NCBI RefSeq assembly: GCF_001194135.2
Contig: NC_068990.1
Span: forward strand, 23,598,976 to 23,636,374
Direction: 5' to 3'
Source: Octopus bimaculoides
Taxonomy: Eukaryota
DNA length: 37,399 nt
A program made the position numbers and the translations under genes. The stretch's first letter is position 1. Every line of letters starts with the position of its first letter. The notes beneath the pieces are model-generated. The model made no database searches. It was not told the origin of the DNA and worked only from the letters and a program-made list of their open reading frames with translations. Positions 32,312-37,399 of this stretch are shown one piece after another.

Positions 32312-33450
32312 ACTCACTGGGAAGCCTTAAGCTGTTGCGTGTTTAGCTTCTGTTTAGAGACATTACTAATACTAGTCTATCACAAGTACAAAAGCTCTGA
32401 TATCTATTGCGTCATTTAACAGATAAAGCGCGACAGGCCACAATTGTGGCCGTCAGGCACAGGTCAACACGCCACGATCGCGACCCAGATAGATGCATTT
32501 AATTTATGAGCTTTTGTTGGGGTCTAATGTCACTCAAACGCTGCGATACACTCCAGAATGCAAGAGGATTAATAGTTCAACTAATGACTTTTCAGATGAT
32601 GTAAAAATTGCCACCATTATTTACTAGGAAGATATTTTAACAATTTTTTTGTCTTTTATGTGTGCACGGTAGTCTCATTTTCATAAAACGTGCTCAACAG
32701 TCCATGCTATATAAAGGCAAATCCCAGCGCTTTGTCGGTTAAGCGTAGTAACAAACGATTCAAGGGAAACACCTCTATTTAGAGTTATCTCCCTTTAGTA
32801 AATATCCGTTTTGGCTTATCTTTCAATAAAATTCATTTTTTTCCGGATGCATATTTCCTGTAGTCACTTGAACTTAAAAGTTCAAGAGACTAGCTTGTTT
32901 TAATCAACAAAACACTTTAAAAATACTTTTAAAAGTATTCTAGTTTTTACTGTTATATTTGTTCAAACGATTATTTTTGTTTTTAATATTATGAAAACTT
33001 TTCGCCACATTCGAAACAAACAGTTTTATATTACTCATTGAATAAACTAGATCTGGATGCAGTTAAGTTTGGGTAGACGCTGAGAAAAGATGGGGAAGTT
33101 GTTAATGGATAGCTTTTGATCATAATTTTTCCTTAATCACGGGGTAAAAACAACTGTCGACAACAGAAACAACAATATCTCTGGTTTACTGTCTGGTATA
33201 GTCAATGGACTGAAACAAAGGGACAGCTGTACTACATGAAATAGTCAGTATGATCGACATAAGAGCGGAGATAGCCGAGTCGAGTGGATTGTCGAAAACT
33301 TGCCGCCCACCGCGCGCGCGCGCACATACATTTATACCGAGTCGTCTGGGACAAGGTGTGGTTGAACTCGGGATCTTAGGGAAAAAATGTAAATCAGTAA
33401 TTCATATGCTACAAATGATCACGATGTCTGGGACTATAGCAATCTGCAAG
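32312..33450 (-). promoter_or_regulatory. CpG-rich putative promoter / non-coding first exon with minus-strand donor
   Basis: Donor CCA|GTGAGT (complement of ACTCAC at 32312-32317). CpG-rich unique sequence, including (CG)n at ~33311-33322, borders a CpG-poor block to the left. Confidence 0.35.
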
Positions 33451-33573
33451 ACCCTCTTGGGATTAAAAAGATGATGGGGAAAATAAGATACTTTCCTTCA
33501 CAACCTTGCTACCAAGTTGGTGGCCGGTCAAAATTTTTTCTAAAATCAAAACAAGAATGAGAACATACATACA

Positions 33574-33774
33574 TACTCCTTTACTCTTTTACTTGTTTCA
33601 GTCATTTGACTGCGGCCATGCTGGAGCACCACCTTTAGTCGAGCAAATCGACTCCAGGACTTATTCTTTGGAAGCCTAGTACTTATTCTATCGGCTCTTA
33701 GGCCGAACCGCTAAGTTGCGGGGACGTAAACACACCAACATCGGTTGTCAAGCGATGGTGGGGGGACAAACACA

Positions 33775-33824
<50 letters not shown>

Positions 33825-33995
33825 CATATATACGACGGGCTTCTTTCAGTTTCCGTCTACCAAATCCACTCACAAGGCTTTGGTCGGACCGAGGCTATAG
33901 TAGAAGACACTTGCCCAAGGTGCCACGCAGTGGGACTGAACCCAGAACCATGTGGTTGGTAAGCAAGCTACTTACCACACAGCCACTCCTACACC
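33574..33995 (-). mobile_element. Family C tRNA-derived SINE, full length
   Basis: Reverse complement of 36323-36716. Central (CA)n(TA)n. Inserted in ATAC repeats. Confidence 0.92.
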
Positions 33996-34387
33996 TTACA
34001 TACATACATGCATATACATGCGCATATCTAGACTTACAACTATATGTATTAGAATACATTAGAATACTATATGCATTAGAATGCATACATAAAACAAAAC
34101 ACACACATCTGCGCATGCACTGGCCCCAAATACTGCACATATGCACACACACATGCACAACTACCCTGTTGATGTTGTTGAAATTTCAATGAAGAAGCCT
34201 AGGATCTAGGTTCGATACTGGCTCTTTCTCTATTGGCAAGAAGTCTTGAAATAAAACTAAATAATAACATACATGCATACTTTGTACACACACACACACA
34301 CACGTACTTACACACCTCTGCTAATTTGTACCATGTCACTGGTATTGTGTTATATCTGTAGTTAAAGCATACATGTAGCTTTTAAAG

Positions 34388-34740
34388 TAGGGCTTCTCAA
34401 CCATTGTTTTTTTTTTTTGTCTATAGACCCCTTTGATTACTATTTCATTCTGGTGGACCCCCATAGCCATTCGATGTTTAAAAAACTAGTTTTATGGAGA
34501 AGTCTTTCAAAATTCCTGTTTTGTTTTTCACATTAATTTTCTTAGGTTTAACTATGTAAAATGTTAGAGAAAGAAATCCAGCTGTTTCTTGCTATACCGA
34601 TGCATACATATAAAACAAAGTTTTTTCAGGATCCCTTAAAATACTACTATGGATCTCTGATTTACTATTTTGTTGTCTGGACCCTCAAAAATCTTATATG
34701 GACCCTCAGAGGCCATATGGACCACGGTTGAATACCATTG
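34388..34740. mobile_element. hAT-type MITE, older
   Basis: Termini TAGGGCTTCTCAACC / GGTTGAATACCATTG. TSD TTTTAAAG/TTTTAAAA. Subterminal GGACC(C) repeats. Confidence 0.7.
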
Positions 34741-34899
34741 TTTTAAAAGGACCAATCCTACTATGAGATCCTGGGTGGCATCTAAGGTGAGCACTTTTAT
34801 TACAGTTTTGAATCGACCCAGAATTTATGAGGGAATTTGGGAAGACGGGAATTGCAGAAACCAAACGGATGGATTATACCTGAAACTCAAAACAGTACA

Positions 34900-35157
34900 G
34901 ACTTGACACACACTACGCCACACTAATTCTACCCGGGAGTTACGTTAACGGCACACATGTATGCGAAACACTGAGCTACTTTGGTTATCCAGAGGGTCGA
35001 ACAACTGGTTTCTTGTACGTCGGAATCGATCGGATAATCCATCAGCTTATCTAACGAGTTTTTTTTTTTCTCTGGAATCCTTTGAACGCGGAAAGCGGAT
35101 ATATTCGCTCAAAATTTTATTACCGTTAACCGTGGAAGTCTGTTCTCTTGGGTGAGT
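34900..35157 (+). promoter_or_regulatory. CpG-rich putative first exon ending at a strong donor
   Basis: TGG|GTGAGT at 35152. The upstream ~250 bp is CpG-rich and non-repetitive. Confidence 0.35.
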
Positions 35158-35274
35158 TTCATCTTTGACCTTTGGGATAACTTTTTGCTCCTCCAAATTT
35201 TTTTAAGCTGGTTGAATGCAGCTGATGCGATGCCCGTATTGCGGCCCAACTCCTTATCCATGTTTCTATTCACT

Positions 35275-35373
35275 CAAGAGAAGTGTTTAGACGCCTTTGA
35301 TAGTAGATACATACGTAAAATTCTTGGCATGAAATGGAGTGATTTTGTCACCAACCAAGAAGGGCGACAAAAG
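35275..35373 (+). pseudogene. RTE-clade LINE fragment
   Basis: QEKCLDAFDSRYIRKILGMKWSDFVTNQEGRQK matches the RTE motif EKRLDAF..R.LRKILGI.W.D.VTN.EV. Confidence 0.8.
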
Positions 35374-35599
35374 CCAACCAACAAGTGTCTTCTATTACGG
35401 CCCCAGGTCGGCCCATTGACCCCACCTCCGCCGCAGCCCAGTTACACTTCTAACTACACCCCAGTGCATCATTGTCGCATCGCTGCTAGATATAAACAGC
35501 ACACAGCTAAAACCTACAAGGGTGTTATAAATGTTAGACCTCAACAAAACGGAAGATTTTTCCTGGAGAACATGAGTCTTCAACACAGCAAAAGATCGC

Positions 35600-35920
35600 G
35601 TCCCCCCCACAACTAACTTGGATCGATGTAATTGATCCCACTGCCCCCAAAATTGCTGGCATTGTACCAAAATTTGAAACCAATATATCTGGCCTATAAG
35701 ACGGCGGCGTACTGGTACAATCGTTAGTATGCCATGCAAAATGATTAGCGGCATTTCGTCCGTCTTTACATTCTGAGTTCAAATTCCGCCGAAGTCGACT
35801 TTGTCTTTCACTTTTTCGGGGTCGGTAAAATAAGTACCAGTTGAGCACGGGGGTTGATATAATCATCTTATCCACTTTCCACCAAAATTGCTGGCCTTGT
35901 GTCAAGATTTGAAACTAATA
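35600..35920 (+). mobile_element. Family B SINE (35698-35920) preceded by a B-tail fragment
   Basis: ggcggcg..tgg..aatcgttag...gagttcaaattccgccgaagtcgactttg...caaaattgctggccttgtg. Confidence 0.8.
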
Positions 35921-36322
35921 TTTATTACACATCGACGTACTTCCTTCTCTCTTTGCTTATTCTGTCGATACTACAATGAAATCTACTCTTCGGGCCTGGC
36001 TGGTCTCCACTCATGCACTTCGAATTCACTCACCTCTTCTTCCTTCGTTGATCATATATTTGGTCCGCTCCCGAAGATCCCTATGCTCAGTCCCTCTACC
36101 CCATAACGTCGGCCTTCTATAATTCCCTCCCCGCACAACTTTTTCATGCAGACCTGAAACTAATGAAGATCTTTAACCGTTCGAGCTCACCGGTCTAGAA
36201 GGGCCTCTGAAGCAGGCATATCAAACACGTGTCCTGCAGACCGCCTGCGCCCCTTTTCAAACAGAAGTGTCGTAGCTAGAGGTTTAAAAATAGAGAACCC
36301 CAAAAATTATCAATGATAAATG

Positions 36323-36716
36323 TAACGAGCGGTTGTGTGGTAAGTAGCTTGCTTACCAGCCACATGGTTCTGGGCTCAGTCCCACTGCATGGCACCTTGG
36401 GAAAGTGTCTTCTATTATAGCCTCGGGCCGAACAAAACCTTAGTGGATTTGGTAGACGGAAATTGAAAAGAAGCCCGTTATATATATATATATGCATGTG
36501 TATGTATATCTTTGCGTGTCTATGTTTGTCCCCCCCCCCCACCAACATCGCTTGACAACCGATGGTGGTGTGTTTATGTCCCCGTAACCTAGCGGTTCGG
36601 CAAAAGAGACCGATACAAACAATAAATTCTGGGGTCGATTTGCTCGACTAAAGGCGGTGCTCCAGCATGGCCGTAGTCAAATGACTGAAACGAGTAAAAG
36701 AGTAACGAGTAAAGAG
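36323..36716 (+). mobile_element. Family C tRNA-derived SINE, full length
   Basis: tRNA-like head, GCACCTTGGGAAAGTGTCTT motif, central microsatellite, (GAGTAAAA)n-like tail. Confidence 0.9.
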
Positions 36717-37269
36717 ATAGAATTGTTGGTTCGCATAAAACTGGTTTTAACAGATTTTTAGTTAATATAAAGAACTGATATGATGGAAATCTTTGTTGTA
36801 AATGTGTGTTTAAAAATGTGAGGTCCTCATGACAATGTGTATGTAAATAATGAGTGCCGTAAGCACTCTGCAGTTTTACATGCCTGCTGTAAAGGACATG
36901 GGCGCAGCCCCATCATTTTCTATACTTTACGTCCCAGCTCGTGGGACATCTATAAAGAAGACAGAGGTTTGTTTAGCCCCTGGTTCTAGGTCTGTACCCT
37001 AATGAAGCCGACTACGGTGAAAGATATCCCAGCCCTTGCCACGCATTACAACACCCTCGGGGTTACATGGTATAATGTGTTCTTTATATTTTTTCTTTGC
37101 GACGGCAGAGGATAATATCAGGGAGATTTAACTGCTATTTCTAGAACATCTCATTACCACGTAGAGGTTGCCTGAGCTATATTTTACAAATGATAGCAAT
37201 ATAATTTACAACTAGCCAGACAGTCTCGGCTAGTTGCTAAGCTTCCTCGGTTACCATGGATACAGTAAT

Positions 37270-37399
37270 GTGTGGTGCCAGTGACGAGACACGAAATGTC
37301 AGACGTTCGCTCTGAACTGTGCCACCCACGCTATCGACTCAGCCAATGAAGGAATTTTCATGAGGGTGGTTGCCAGCCGGGGTAGGGGGCGGATAGGGG
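37270..37399 (+). promoter_or_regulatory. Promoter-like motif cluster at window end
   Basis: TGACG ~37282, CACCC ~37323, AGCCAATGA 37341-37349 (NF-Y consensus), GGGGCGG 37386-37392; CpG-rich. Confidence 0.45.

Noticed and set aside
35960-36180. Purine-rich minus-strand stretch with GIIEGRR, possibly RTE-derived
   Set aside because: Too short a motif to assign.
36213-36300. Two hAT-like left ends (CAGGCATATCAAAC..., AGTGTCGTAGCTAG...); also a right-end-like piece at ~31985-32018
   Set aside because: No matching opposite TIR or TSD is visible.

Overview
Eukaryotic, AT-rich, repeat-dense scaffold segment with seven N-gaps (1846-2078, 5874-6395, 12593-13475, 14715-15020, 22364-23227, 24127-24136, 31642-31934). 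The SINE/MITE repertoire, Dong/RTE/Penelope remnants and dense (TA)n/(CA)n/(GAT)n/(TAA)n microsatellites look like an octopus (coleoid cephalopod) genome; this is recognition by eye, not a database result. One clear gene: an intact, single-exon p38-family MAP kinase (minus strand, 16425-17519, 364 aa, TGY motif). Its catalytic residues are intact, but its hinge, P+1 loop and docking residues diverge. The rest is mostly mobile DNA: several tRNA-derived SINE families with shuffled head/body modules, a SINE-like element carrying an array of fixed-stem hairpins, hAT-, piggyBac- and Tc1/pogo-type MITEs with visible TSDs, fold-back elements, a 665-bp TIR element with an internal telomere-like repeat, an R4/Dong LINE 3' end in a TAA repeat, and RTE and Penelope fragments. 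CpG-rich and CpG-poor blocks alternate; three strong GTGAGT donors in CpG-rich blocks suggest first exons of unrecognised genes. Weaker candidates: a duplicated H/ACA-like structured element and a degenerate hammerhead-like fold. No CRISPR array, true tRNA or rRNA gene is supported.
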